Positions 1 to 8,371 of a stretch of DNA of 20,000 nt are shown here, in pieces; the stretch's first letter is position 1; each line of letters begins with the position of its first letter. Made by a program: the position numbers and the translations under genes. The notes beneath the pieces are model-generated. The model was not told where the DNA came from. It saw only the letters and a program-made list of their open reading frames with translations, and ran no database searches. Origin of the DNA: an uncultured virus (IMG/VR IMGVR_UViG_3300028553_000005) (Duplodnaviria > Heunggongvirae > Uroviricota > Caudoviricetes); IMG/VR virus record IMGVR_UViG_3300028553_000005, positions 116,429 to 136,428 of that record; one strand, given 5' to 3'.

Positions 1-108
1 ACCAGGAACATCCAAACGATCACCAACCCATAAAGGCTTTGGTGGATTAGTTTCCACAACACTATTGTATTTACTCTCATCATATTCAATTTCTGCTAAT
101 ACTGGCAT
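1..108 (-). CDS. 5' part of a gene running off the window edge (MPVLAEIEYDESKYNSVVETNPPKPLWVGDRLDVPG...), possibly the remainder of a split gp5
   Basis: ATG at 106-108, SD AAGGAGA directly after the upstream stop codon, frame open to position 1. The product is guessed from position only. Confidence 0.6.
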   Translation of the reverse strand, partial: MPVLAEIEYDESKYNSVVETNPPKPLWVGDRLDVPG

Positions 109-119
109 TTTATCTCCTT

Positions 120-578
120 TTATTCTTCTGGTTCTTCAGGTGTATCTGTTGGCTCTGCATTATAAGAATCTGTAACTTCATTTGGATCTGAACCTTCTAA
201 TTCTTCTGGATCACTATATTGGTCTTTTTCTGTATCAGTCATATCTGGATCTTCTGACTGTTCAAACTTGTAACTATCTGGATCTTGCCAAGTTCCAGGC
301 ATAACACCTAACATACAAGGAAATTGGCCACTTTCTCCGTCCATAAAGAATCCTAATATCCAATCGCCTAACATTGGTGCCGAAAAATGTTTTGAGTGAT
401 TGATTGGATATACAGCTTGAGCCCAAGGCAATTCTTTTGTTGGTATTTCTTTACCATACCAACCAAATATTCTAACTTGACAACGACCCAAACCCAATGG
501 ATCTACTCGGTTTTCTACTGCACCAACCCACCAAACAAAACCATTTAATCCAGCAAAGTTATTAACCGCTTTTGTCAT
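120..578 (-). CDS. gp5: Baseplate hub/spike gp5 N-terminal OB-fold domain as a stand-alone protein with an acidic tail
   Basis: FVWWVGAVENRVDPLGLGRCQVRIFGWY...LPWA...GDWILGFFMDGESGQFPCMLG is the typical gp5 OB motif. Start moved to ATG 576-578 (SD GAGGA upstream), which removes the overlap with the upstream gene. Confidence 0.85.
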   Translation of the reverse strand: MTKAVNNFAGLNGFVWWVGAVENRVDPLGLGRCQVRIFGWYGKEIPTKELPWAQAVYPINHSKHFSAPMLGDWILGFFMDGESGQFPCMLGVMPGTWQDPDSYKFEQSEDPDMTDTEKDQYSDPEELEGSDPNEVTDSYNAEPTDTPEEPEE

Positions 579-585
579 TTCATCC

Positions 586-1929
586 TCATTCCAAAGTACC
601 TGTAGCAGAAGCATACTTTGTAGGTACACTATCTTTTGCCAATTCTAATACAGTTTTATATTCATTCATTGTAATCATATGTCTTACTGCTGTAATTAAG
701 TATTTGCCAGAATAATATGCATCAGGTGTTTTTGATTCTGGTGTCAAAGATAATAAAGAAAAATTCAAAGTTTGACCAACAGTCAATGCAGGATCTCCAG
801 GCACAGATATTTTTATTCTGATATAGTTTGTTAATGATAGTTGTGCTGTTCTATATGGTATAAAAGTTTCAGCAAAAATATCAGCACCAACAGCTGGCGA
901 ATCTACTGTGCCACCTTCAACTTCTTCATCTTCAGGATCACGTCCTTCTTTTTCTATATATTCTACAATTTTTTGATTAAAATTAGAAAATGCTAATTTA
1001 TATACAGCTTTTGAAGTATCTGTTAATTTGTCACCATATATGTTTGAATAATCATTTATAATTGGTGATCTATTTAAAGATTTTGATTTTTTTTCATAAG
1101 CCATATAATCAAACTCTGTAGTTTTTAATCGTCTAGTTAAAACATCAATAGACAACAAATGATTTGCAAACACACCAGAGTTTATACCATGTAATGTATC
1201 AAACGAATTTAATATTTCATATGTTGTAACGTTGTAAACATTACTGTGCATGTTCTTTTCATCAGTATTTTTTGGATTGTAACTATAATTATAATATGGT
1301 GGTTGAGTCATTAACTTTTGTAATGACTTAAAGTTGAATCCATGTTTGTTTTCAAAAAATACCATGTCAGCACCAGGAACACCTGCAGATGGTCGAGCAT
1401 AATTTGACATCCAATTGATTGCATCAAATGGTTTTAAAGTAGGCACAACAAAATCATACACACCATACGTTTCATCTATCTCCATTTTATCATCAGATAT
1501 GCCTAATTCATAACTAAGTATATCATACACATTATCTGATATGGTAGATTGTGGATAAGATTTACATATTTTATACTGTTCAGACATTAACATTTCTTCA
1601 GAACAAAAATACAAACAATATGACTCGGTGTACATATTGTTTTCTAATTTTCTCTTATCAACTTTATATACTCTAAATGTTTTATCAACCTCAGATTGGC
1701 CATTAACTTTAGCAAAAGTCATTTTTAAAAATTCAGTACCATTCATACTGAGTAATTCAATGTATCCCATAGAATCAGCAACCATTACATAACCTGATGC
1801 CGTGTTGTTGAATATATCTTCATGGTATGACAGTTCAACCATGATGTTTTTCAAATCCATATTTTGTACGGAATTGACCAACAATAAATTGACTAGAGCA
1901 TAGTCCTTAGGATATAGAATACCTGCCAT
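586..1929 (-). CDS. Baseplate hub/tail protein (gp27/phage late control D-like)
   Basis: 447 aa, between gp53 and gp5. The C-terminal ISVPGDPALTVGQ...YSGKYLITAVRH motif is typical of contractile-tail hub proteins. Confidence 0.65.
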   Translation of the reverse strand: MAGILYPKDYALVNLLLVNSVQNMDLKNIMVELSYHEDIFNNTASGYVMVADSMGYIELLSMNGTEFLKMTFAKVNGQSEVDKTFRVYKVDKRKLENNMYTESYCLYFCSEEMLMSEQYKICKSYPQSTISDNVYDILSYELGISDDKMEIDETYGVYDFVVPTLKPFDAINWMSNYARPSAGVPGADMVFFENKHGFNFKSLQKLMTQPPYYNYSYNPKNTDEKNMHSNVYNVTTYEILNSFDTLHGINSGVFANHLLSIDVLTRRLKTTEFDYMAYEKKSKSLNRSPIINDYSNIYGDKLTDTSKAVYKLAFSNFNQKIVEYIEKEGRDPEDEEVEGGTVDSPAVGADIFAETFIPYRTAQLSLTNYIRIKISVPGDPALTVGQTLNFSLLSLTPESKTPDAYYSGKYLITAVRHMITMNEYKTVLELAKDSVPTKYASATGTLE

Positions 1930-1932
1930 GGT

Positions 1933-2565
1933 TTACCGACTCATCAATTGTTTAAATTGGTTTTCTATTTGTGGTGCGTAGATGTTATTAATTAAATATA
2001 TGTTTCTTTTTCTTTCATTCAATTCTACTTCATAATCATAGATACTCAAAGCTTTTATAGCAATACTTCTTTGTACAACTGCACCGTTTGGAAAGTTCTG
2101 TGTTATTGTTTCTGGTATAGTTGAATTGTATTCTGATTCATCAATAATCATAGTTCGTTGACTCTTACCACCCTCACTATTGTTCGTACCAAATATTTTT
2201 TGATGATACTTTACAGTTTGTTGTGCATATGATATAACACTTGATACATTGGCTGTGTTGGCTGCATCTGCATACTTATCTTGAATGTATATTTTTAATT
2301 GTTGTGAGGTCAAAGGCCATTGCCATTGTGGATCTATTATCTGATTAGCATATAATACTAACCAATGTCTATTAACATCACCATAATATTTGCTTGCAAC
2401 AATTTCTGGTGTATCACCTTCTTGTATATCATATGAATAAAACAATAAAGGATTAGTCAACAAAGATGGAATAATTGCTGTTCTTGCCATCAAGTTGGTT
2501 GCCAATACAGCATTGTTTTTATAATCTGTGGTGGCTATTTTAGGAAAGTTTTGAAAATATAACAT
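1933..2565 (-). CDS. gp53: Baseplate wedge protein gp53 (LysM-like)
   Basis: YFQNFPKI N-terminus and YDIQEGDTPEIVASKYYGD...HWLVLYANQIIDPQWQWPL motif; adjacent to gp48. Confidence 0.85.
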   Translation of the reverse strand: MLYFQNFPKIATTDYKNNAVLATNLMARTAIIPSLLTNPLLFYSYDIQEGDTPEIVASKYYGDVNRHWLVLYANQIIDPQWQWPLTSQQLKIYIQDKYADAANTANVSSVISYAQQTVKYHQKIFGTNNSEGGKSQRTMIIDESEYNSTIPETITQNFPNGAVVQRSIAIKALSIYDYEVELNERKRNIYLINNIYAPQIENQFKQLMSR

Positions 2566-3773
2566 TATCTTAAACCTCCTTCAACACCATAATAACCTTT
2601 TTGTATTTTGCCTTTATCTAATATCTCTGTTTCTTTGAATGTCATTGTGAGTGTCGATTGAACTGGTGCACCATCATCATACGAAGCCCAACCATTTGGT
2701 GCAAAATTAACATCGATGTCGGATAAAACACAACTACCATATTTTGGTAAAAATGGATTTTCTTTACCATCAATCATGAATTCAACATTAAAGATTGAAG
2801 GTGGTACCAAATACATTGAGTCGGAAGAAACTTCTTTAGCAGATATTAATGTTGGTGCAAAATGATATTTGAATAAATTTATAATATAGTTTACTTCATT
2901 TGCTTCACCTTGAGAGTTTGGTGTGAACACAAATGATAACTGAAAATTTCTTAAACCAATACCACGATAAATCATTTGTAACTGTGGATTAATGGCATAA
3001 CCTTGACCTTTTAACAACACATCTTCTAATGCTCCTCCATTTACACCAAAGCCTGCTTTATTAGCTAAAGCAGCGCCACCCCGTGTAATTAAAGATATGG
3101 CGGCTGGATCTGTGCCTGCTATATTACCGGCTTGTTTTAGTGCTGATCCAACACCACCAAGACCTCCGCCACCAGATTTATACGATTCTACAATGGACTT
3201 TGCTGGCCCAGCCAACTGGTCAATTGTTCTGAGTGTGTTTATTCCCGAACCCAAATCTGTGAGTTTTAATTCATCATACGAAGCATTGTATTGTGCATTG
3301 AGTGTATCTGGCATATACAATGAAACAAAAGCCTTTGGCTGAGTTCTTGTTGGTGATATTTTTAAACCTTTCGATATTGTGGCACCAAAATCACCTAAAA
3401 ATCCACCCGAACCAGAATCTTCAGATAACTCAAACAATCCTGTGCTCGATTCTGTCCAGGAGCTTTCATCACCAGACATAGAACCAGCTTCTTGAGCTAT
3501 ACCACCAAATCCAGGTAAACCAACAGAATCACCCTCAATTAAATTTTCATTAAGTGGTACTTGGCCACCACCACTATAACTTGCAGGTATAATTTCTGAT
3601 ATCGAAAATTGAACGTAGTGGGATTTTGATGGACTGGTTGCTAAATCTGAAGGATATTTGTATGTTTTAACTCCAAGACCGCCGTATAATAAAGCTAGTG
3701 GACTATTTGGGTTAAATAGACCTGATGGTATCGATACACCAGCTACGGATGTTGGAATGGATAAGATAGCCAT
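2565..3773 (-). CDS. gp48: Baseplate tail-tube cap gp48
   Basis: YKYPSDL, LYMPDTL, AINPQLQMIYRGIGLRNFQLSFVFTP, CVLSDIDVNFAPNG, TLTMTFKETEIL motifs; T4-like gene order. Confidence 0.85.
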   Translation of the reverse strand: MAILSIPTSVAGVSIPSGLFNPNSPLALLYGGLGVKTYKYPSDLATSPSKSHYVQFSISEIIPASYSGGGQVPLNENLIEGDSVGLPGFGGIAQEAGSMSGDESSWTESSTGLFELSEDSGSGGFLGDFGATISKGLKISPTRTQPKAFVSLYMPDTLNAQYNASYDELKLTDLGSGINTLRTIDQLAGPAKSIVESYKSGGGGLGGVGSALKQAGNIAGTDPAAISLITRGGAALANKAGFGVNGGALEDVLLKGQGYAINPQLQMIYRGIGLRNFQLSFVFTPNSQGEANEVNYIINLFKYHFAPTLISAKEVSSDSMYLVPPSIFNVEFMIDGKENPFLPKYGSCVLSDIDVNFAPNGWASYDDGAPVQSTLTMTFKETEILDKGKIQKGYYGVEGGLR

Positions 3774-3791
3774 TGATTCCTCTAAAAAAGT

Positions 3792-3807
3792 TATACATAG
3801 TATTTAT
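3792..3807. promoter_or_regulatory. Divergent T4-type late promoter-like boxes (TATACATA on + at 3792-3799; ATAAATA on - at 3801-3807)
   Basis: Near matches to the gp55 consensus TATAAATA in the 32-bp gap between divergent gp48 and gp4. Confidence 0.55.
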
Positions 3808-4243
3808 GGCATATTCTGGACGATTTACACCTAAAAACCCTCAAAAGTATGTTGGGGATGCAAATAACATCATTTACCGGTCCTCATGGGAATGTAAGGT
3901 AATGTCTTGGCTCGACAGAAACGATAACATTGTTTCTTGGGCTTCTGAAGAATTGATTATTCCTTATATATCTCCCGTAGACGGAAAAAGGCACCGATAC
4001 TTTCCTGATTTTTTGGTTAAAATCAAAACGAGAGATGGTCTCTTAAAAACTATGATACTAGAAGTTAAACCTAAAAAACAAACTCAACGACCAGAACATA
4101 GAAAAAGAGTCACGAAACAGTATATCAACGAGGTGACCACTTGGGGGGTCAATCAAGCTAAATGGAAGGCGGCTACCGAGTTTTGTTTGGATCGTGGTTG
4201 GGAGTTCAAATTACTGACTGAAGATCATCTGGGAATCAACTAA
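3806..4243 (+). CDS. gp4: Head completion nuclease gp4 (TnsA-like endonuclease fold)
   Basis: MAYSGRFTPKNPQKYVGD...YRSSWE...WASEE...YFPDF...EVKP...NQAKW motifs. The real start is most likely ATG 3806. Confidence 0.9.
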   Translation: MAYSGRFTPKNPQKYVGDANNIIYRSSWECKVMSWLDRNDNIVSWASEELIIPYISPVDGKRHRYFPDFLVKIKTRDGLLKTMILEVKPKKQTQRPEHRKRVTKQYINEVTTWGVNQAKWKAATEFCLDRGWEFKLLTEDHLGIN

Positions 4244-4246
4244 ATA
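4240..4246 (+). promoter_or_regulatory. Late promoter-like CTAAATA upstream of gp2
   Basis: TAAATA core overlapping the gp4 stop codon, 5 nt before the gp2 ATG. Confidence 0.5.
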
Positions 4247-4251
4247 ATCAA

Positions 4252-4845
4252 ATGGTATCTAAACTTACAACACTAGCAAATCAAAAGTCATCTGCTGAAA
4301 TTCAAACGATGTCGAAAGACTCTTTGAAATGGATGAAATCAAAGATTTCGGATTTAGTAAATCCAGCAAATGTTCGAGCAGCTATTAACCGTGAAGAATT
4401 TAGACAAAAGAATACCTTTGGTTTAGGTGGATTATATTGTTTTTATTATAATCCAATTGGTAAAAAAGATTTACCTTATTATGATAAATTTCCTTTGGTA
4501 TTGGTATTGGAGAAATATTCTGATGGTATTTTGGGACTTAACTTACATTATTTACCATTACAGTACAGACTGGCATTTTTAGGGAAACTCATGGATTTCG
4601 CTGTCCTTGACAGAAAAGATGATATTAAGAAGATGAGAGTCACCTATGAAATTCTTGGCGCCTCCAAGCGGTTTAAAGAGTTTCGGCCATGTCTTAAAAA
4701 GTATTTGTATGGTCAAATTCAGTCTAAATTACTTGCCATACAGCCAAATGAATGGGACATTGCGGCATATTTACCTATTCATATGTTTGCCAAAGCACAG
4801 CCAGCCACAGTCTGGCAAGAATCATTAGATCAAATAAGGAAATAG
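4252..4845 (+). CDS. gp2: DNA end protector protein gp2
   Basis: FYYNP...LPYYDKFPLV...GLNLHYLP...PCLKKYL motifs. Confidence 0.9.
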   Translation: MVSKLTTLANQKSSAEIQTMSKDSLKWMKSKISDLVNPANVRAAINREEFRQKNTFGLGGLYCFYYNPIGKKDLPYYDKFPLVLVLEKYSDGILGLNLHYLPLQYRLAFLGKLMDFAVLDRKDDIKKMRVTYEILGASKRFKEFRPCLKKYLYGQIQSKLLAIQPNEWDIAAYLPIHMFAKAQPATVWQESLDQIRK

Positions 4846-4849
4846 TTAA

Positions 4850-5734
4850 ATGGCCATTTTCGATAACCTATTTGGTAATATCGGCCTTTTTGGTAACGAA
4901 CCAGGTACCAGCGGTAGCATCAGTGACTTTAAATCGAGCTTTGTCACCGATGTGGCAAGACCTAATAAATTTGATGTAGAAATACCTGTACCCATTACAT
5001 TGATACCTTTTAGAGGTATGTCAAGAATATTAAAGATGCGTTGTGAGAATGCAGAACTGCCTAGCAGAACATTTGCTACAGCAGACAGAAAAATAGGATC
5101 AAATCCTGTTGAAAAGTTTCCGTATCAGCCAACATACAATGATACAACATTAACTTTTATTGTTAGTGATGATATGAATGAAAGAATATTCTTTGATACA
5201 TGGCAAGAATTTATAAATCCAACGTATTCTTTTAATTTTACATATAAAACAGATTATGTTTCAAATATTACAATAAATCAATATGATGTAGAAAATGATA
5301 AAAGTTATTCTGTAACATTGATTGATGCTTATCCAATTTCTGTCAATCAATTAGACTTAGATTGGTCTGCTGATGGTCACCACAAATTAACAGTAGTATT
5401 TGCCTATTCTTACTGGATGAATAATTCAGTACAAGCACTAGGCACTTCTTTATTGTTAAGTGTTATATCAAGAATCACTGCTGCTTTGGGTGGCATTGGT
5501 TCACTTGGCACATTTGGTGATGAAGCAGATTTAAGTAATCCATTTACAACAATTGGAAATGACAACACCGGTCGAAGCGGTTATGATGGTTATGATGATT
5601 CAGGATCATCATGGTTTGGTGGAACGGACGATTATGTATCGGAAGAAGCACCATATCCTTTAGAATATGAATCTGGCCAAGATTATTATGAAGAAACTGG
5701 ACCATTTCAATATTCTGAATGGGATGGTTATTAA
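4850..5734 (+). CDS. gp54: Baseplate tail-tube initiator gp54 / gp19-like tube-fold protein with an acidic C-terminal extension
   Basis: ARPNKFDV, RCENAELPSRT, LTFIVSDDMNERIFFDTWQ, LIDAYPISVNQLDLDWS motifs of the gp19/gp54 family; located between gp2 and gp26. Confidence 0.7.
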   Translation: MAIFDNLFGNIGLFGNEPGTSGSISDFKSSFVTDVARPNKFDVEIPVPITLIPFRGMSRILKMRCENAELPSRTFATADRKIGSNPVEKFPYQPTYNDTTLTFIVSDDMNERIFFDTWQEFINPTYSFNFTYKTDYVSNITINQYDVENDKSYSVTLIDAYPISVNQLDLDWSADGHHKLTVVFAYSYWMNNSVQALGTSLLLSVISRITAALGGIGSLGTFGDEADLSNPFTTIGNDNTGRSGYDGYDDSGSSWFGGTDDYVSEEAPYPLEYESGQDYYEETGPFQYSEWDGY

Positions 5735-5760
5735 TATTTTTTTAGAGGAGTGATAATAAA

Positions 5761-6486
5761 ATGGCTTTACCAAAAATTGATGCACCAGTATATGAAATAG
5801 ATTTACCTTTATCGAAGAAACATATTCGATTTAGGCCGTTTCTTGTAAAAGAACAAAGAAACTTAATGATGGCAATGGAGTCAGATGATAAAGAAACAAT
5901 TGAAAAAAACATCAGGCAAGTTTTACACAATTGTACTTTGACACCCAATGTTGACATTGATTCATTACCTATTATTGATGTTGAATTTTACTTTATTAAT
6001 TTGAGAGCACGTTCGGTTGGTGAAGTAATTGAAACCAAATATCGTTGTGAAAATGAAGTTAATGACAAACCTTGTGGTAATTTGATGGACACATCTGTTA
6101 ATCTTCTTGACATCAAAGTTGAATTTAAAGAAGATGCTAAAGATATTGTTCAATTAACCGACATAATTGCCATTAAGTTAAAGTATCCAGAATTTTCTAT
6201 GTTAGAAAGAGCAACAAAGTTTAGTAGTGCCACAGACATGGCATTTCAAATGATTGTTGAGAGTATAGAATATATTTTTGATGGTGAACAATATTATTAT
6301 TCAAAAGAAACTGATCCAGCAGAATTGATAGAATTTGTTGAGTCTTTAAATCAAGATCAATTTGCAAAGATTGAAAACTTTTTTAATAACCTACCAACAA
6401 TGAATAAGGTTATTAATACTACTTGTGGTAAGTGTGGATACAACCACACGATAGAGGTGGAAGGGTTAGACAATTTTTTCGGTTAA
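5761..6486 (+). CDS. gp26: Baseplate hub assembly protein gp26
   Basis: MALPKIDAPVYE...FRPFLVKE...LRARSVGE...CGKCG...EGLDNFF motifs; SD GAGGAG upstream. Confidence 0.9.
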   Translation: MALPKIDAPVYEIDLPLSKKHIRFRPFLVKEQRNLMMAMESDDKETIEKNIRQVLHNCTLTPNVDIDSLPIIDVEFYFINLRARSVGEVIETKYRCENEVNDKPCGNLMDTSVNLLDIKVEFKEDAKDIVQLTDIIAIKLKYPEFSMLERATKFSSATDMAFQMIVESIEYIFDGEQYYYSKETDPAELIEFVESLNQDQFAKIENFFNNLPTMNKVINTTCGKCGYNHTIEVEGLDNFFG

Positions 6487-6668
6487 CATTTCGTCATGAC
6501 AATTTAAGAAATTATTATAAAACAAACTTTTCCTTGATGCAACATCACAAGTATAGTTTGACTGAACTTGAAAATATGATACCTTGGGAACGTGATATTT
6601 ACGTTAATATGCTTATACAATTCATTGAAGAAGAAAACGAAAAGATAAAGCAAAGACAAGGTAAATGA
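6474..6668 (+). CDS. gp51: Baseplate hub assembly catalyst gp51-like frame, probably translated as a -1 frameshift extension of gp26 (alternative start ATG 6537)
   Basis: HDNLRNYYKTNFSLMQHHKYSLTELENMIPWERDIYV is the gp51-like motif. No start codon lies between the slippery site TTTTTTC (6474-6480) and the beginning of this motif. Confidence 0.75.
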   Translation, partial: FFRLTFRHDNLRNYYKTNFSLMQHHKYSLTELENMIPWERDIYVNMLIQFIEEENEKIKQRQGK

Positions 6669-8368
6669 TAAGCAAATACGAACAAGCAGCGACAACCAGA
6701 AAACGAGGAGTCTTAGGTACTATTACCGATAGATTAGTCGCTGGCCAAGGATTTGGTCAATCCATTGGTGGAGGCGTATCTGAATCATTCAAAGCAAAAA
6801 CTACAGGTTTAAAAGAAAAATTTGATCCGTTAAACATTGCAAAGATATTAACGGGTAATCTTGGTATGGCTTTCTTAGGTAAGATAACAGGTAGAAAACC
6901 TGAAGATATGCAATACTTCTTCAATAAAAATAGAAAAAAAGGTGAGAAACCTTATTCTTTTACACAACCACAAGAAACTAAAGTTGGCAATGTAGAAACT
7001 GCCTTTTATAGTAAAATTAGAGAAGGTCAAAGAGGTTCATTACAAAAAGGTGATAATGTGGCTACTGTAGCCGCTCGTTTGGTTAATGTCATGAAAACCT
7101 TTTATGAAAAAGAAAATTTAAATCGTGAGTTAGACTATAATTTTGAAGAAGAAGTTCAAGCAGAAGATGCCAAACGGCATGAAAATTTAATTAATGAAAT
7201 TAAAAAATTAAAAGATAAAAAACCAGCAAAAACGGATATTGAAAAAGTCAAAAAAGATTTAAAAATTGAAGAGCCGCCTACAAAAAAACCTGAAGAATCA
7301 AAGAAACCAGAAACACCTGCATCCACAGTTACATCACCTACTGTTGCAACCACCTCTGCAGCCGCACCAGTAGTAACTACTGTTGTTAGTAAAGCCGTTA
7401 CTAAAGCCAAAGATATTCCAGGTGTGGCCACGGTTGTTAGTAAAGCAGAAAAAATTATACAACCAACAAAGACTGTACCAAAAATAACAAAAGAAATAGA
7501 TAAGCCAGTCGCTGGTGTGGTTGAAGCTGCCAAAGCAACTAAAATTCCAACACCTTCTGTAGGAGGTGCGGCGGCCATTGGTGGTACTGCCGCAGTGGTC
7601 GCTGGTATAGGATCGGCTTTGGCTGAAGTTGGTATAACAAATGAGTATGCACAAAAAGCTATTTTAGGTAATGTTGGTAAAGAATCAGGATTTACTGCAA
7701 AATATGAAACTGGTTATGCCAATACTTCAAACGATAGAATCCGTAAAATATTTGGCAGTAGAGTTGCAGGTCTTACAGATGACCAACTAAATGAAATTAA
7801 AAAAGATGATTCTAAATTTTTTGAAACAGTTTACGGTTATCAGACTGCCAAAGGTCAAGAGTTAGGTAATAAAGAACCAGGTGATGGATTTAAATATCGT
7901 GGCCGTGGTCTGATTCAATTGACAGGAAAAGATAACTATAACAGAATTGGTAAACAAATTGGTGCCGATTTAGTTTCCAATCCAGACTTAGTAAATGATT
8001 CAGTATTGGCACCAAAAATTGTTGCAGCTTTTGTTAAAAATAAATTAGGTAGTAGAGTAAATTCATTTAAGAGCCAATCAGAAGCGAATAACGAAATAAC
8101 TAAAGCAATCGTTGGTGCCAGTGTAGATTTAACAAGAGGGTTTGGTGCTGAACAAATGGCCAAAGTTGAAGCCTTCACCAGTTCACCTTCTGGTGAGGCT
8201 GTATATGCTATGTCGAAACAAAATCAAGAATTAAAAGAACAAGTACCTGTAACAAATATAGCAGTAAACAATACCAAAACAATCATTAATGCTGGTGGTG
8301 GTCAATCCAGACAAATTATAAGTACAGCACAGATTGACGATTATCCAGTTTTAGAAACAACAATATAA
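6665..8368 (+). CDS. Tape-measure-like/baseplate-associated virion protein with a GH19-like (chitinase/lysozyme) domain
   Basis: AILGNVGKESGF...VYG...LGNKEPGDGFKYRGRGLIQLTGKDNY is a GH19 signature; T/P/A-rich linker; directly follows gp26/gp51. Confidence 0.75.
   Translation: MISKYEQAATTRKRGVLGTITDRLVAGQGFGQSIGGGVSESFKAKTTGLKEKFDPLNIAKILTGNLGMAFLGKITGRKPEDMQYFFNKNRKKGEKPYSFTQPQETKVGNVETAFYSKIREGQRGSLQKGDNVATVAARLVNVMKTFYEKENLNRELDYNFEEEVQAEDAKRHENLINEIKKLKDKKPAKTDIEKVKKDLKIEEPPTKKPEESKKPETPASTVTSPTVATTSAAAPVVTTVVSKAVTKAKDIPGVATVVSKAEKIIQPTKTVPKITKEIDKPVAGVVEAAKATKIPTPSVGGAAAIGGTAAVVAGIGSALAEVGITNEYAQKAILGNVGKESGFTAKYETGYANTSNDRIRKIFGSRVAGLTDDQLNEIKKDDSKFFETVYGYQTAKGQELGNKEPGDGFKYRGRGLIQLTGKDNYNRIGKQIGADLVSNPDLVNDSVLAPKIVAAFVKNKLGSRVNSFKSQSEANNEITKAIVGASVDLTRGFGAEQMAKVEAFTSSPSGEAVYAMSKQNQELKEQVPVTNIAVNNTKTIINAGGGQSRQIISTAQIDDYPVLETTI
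6810..6852 (+). repeat. 43-bp exact direct repeat, copy 1
   Basis: TAAAAGAAAAATTTGATCCGTTAAACATTGCAAAGATATTAAC, identical to 8703-8745. Confidence 0.95.
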
Positions 8369-8371
8369 AAA

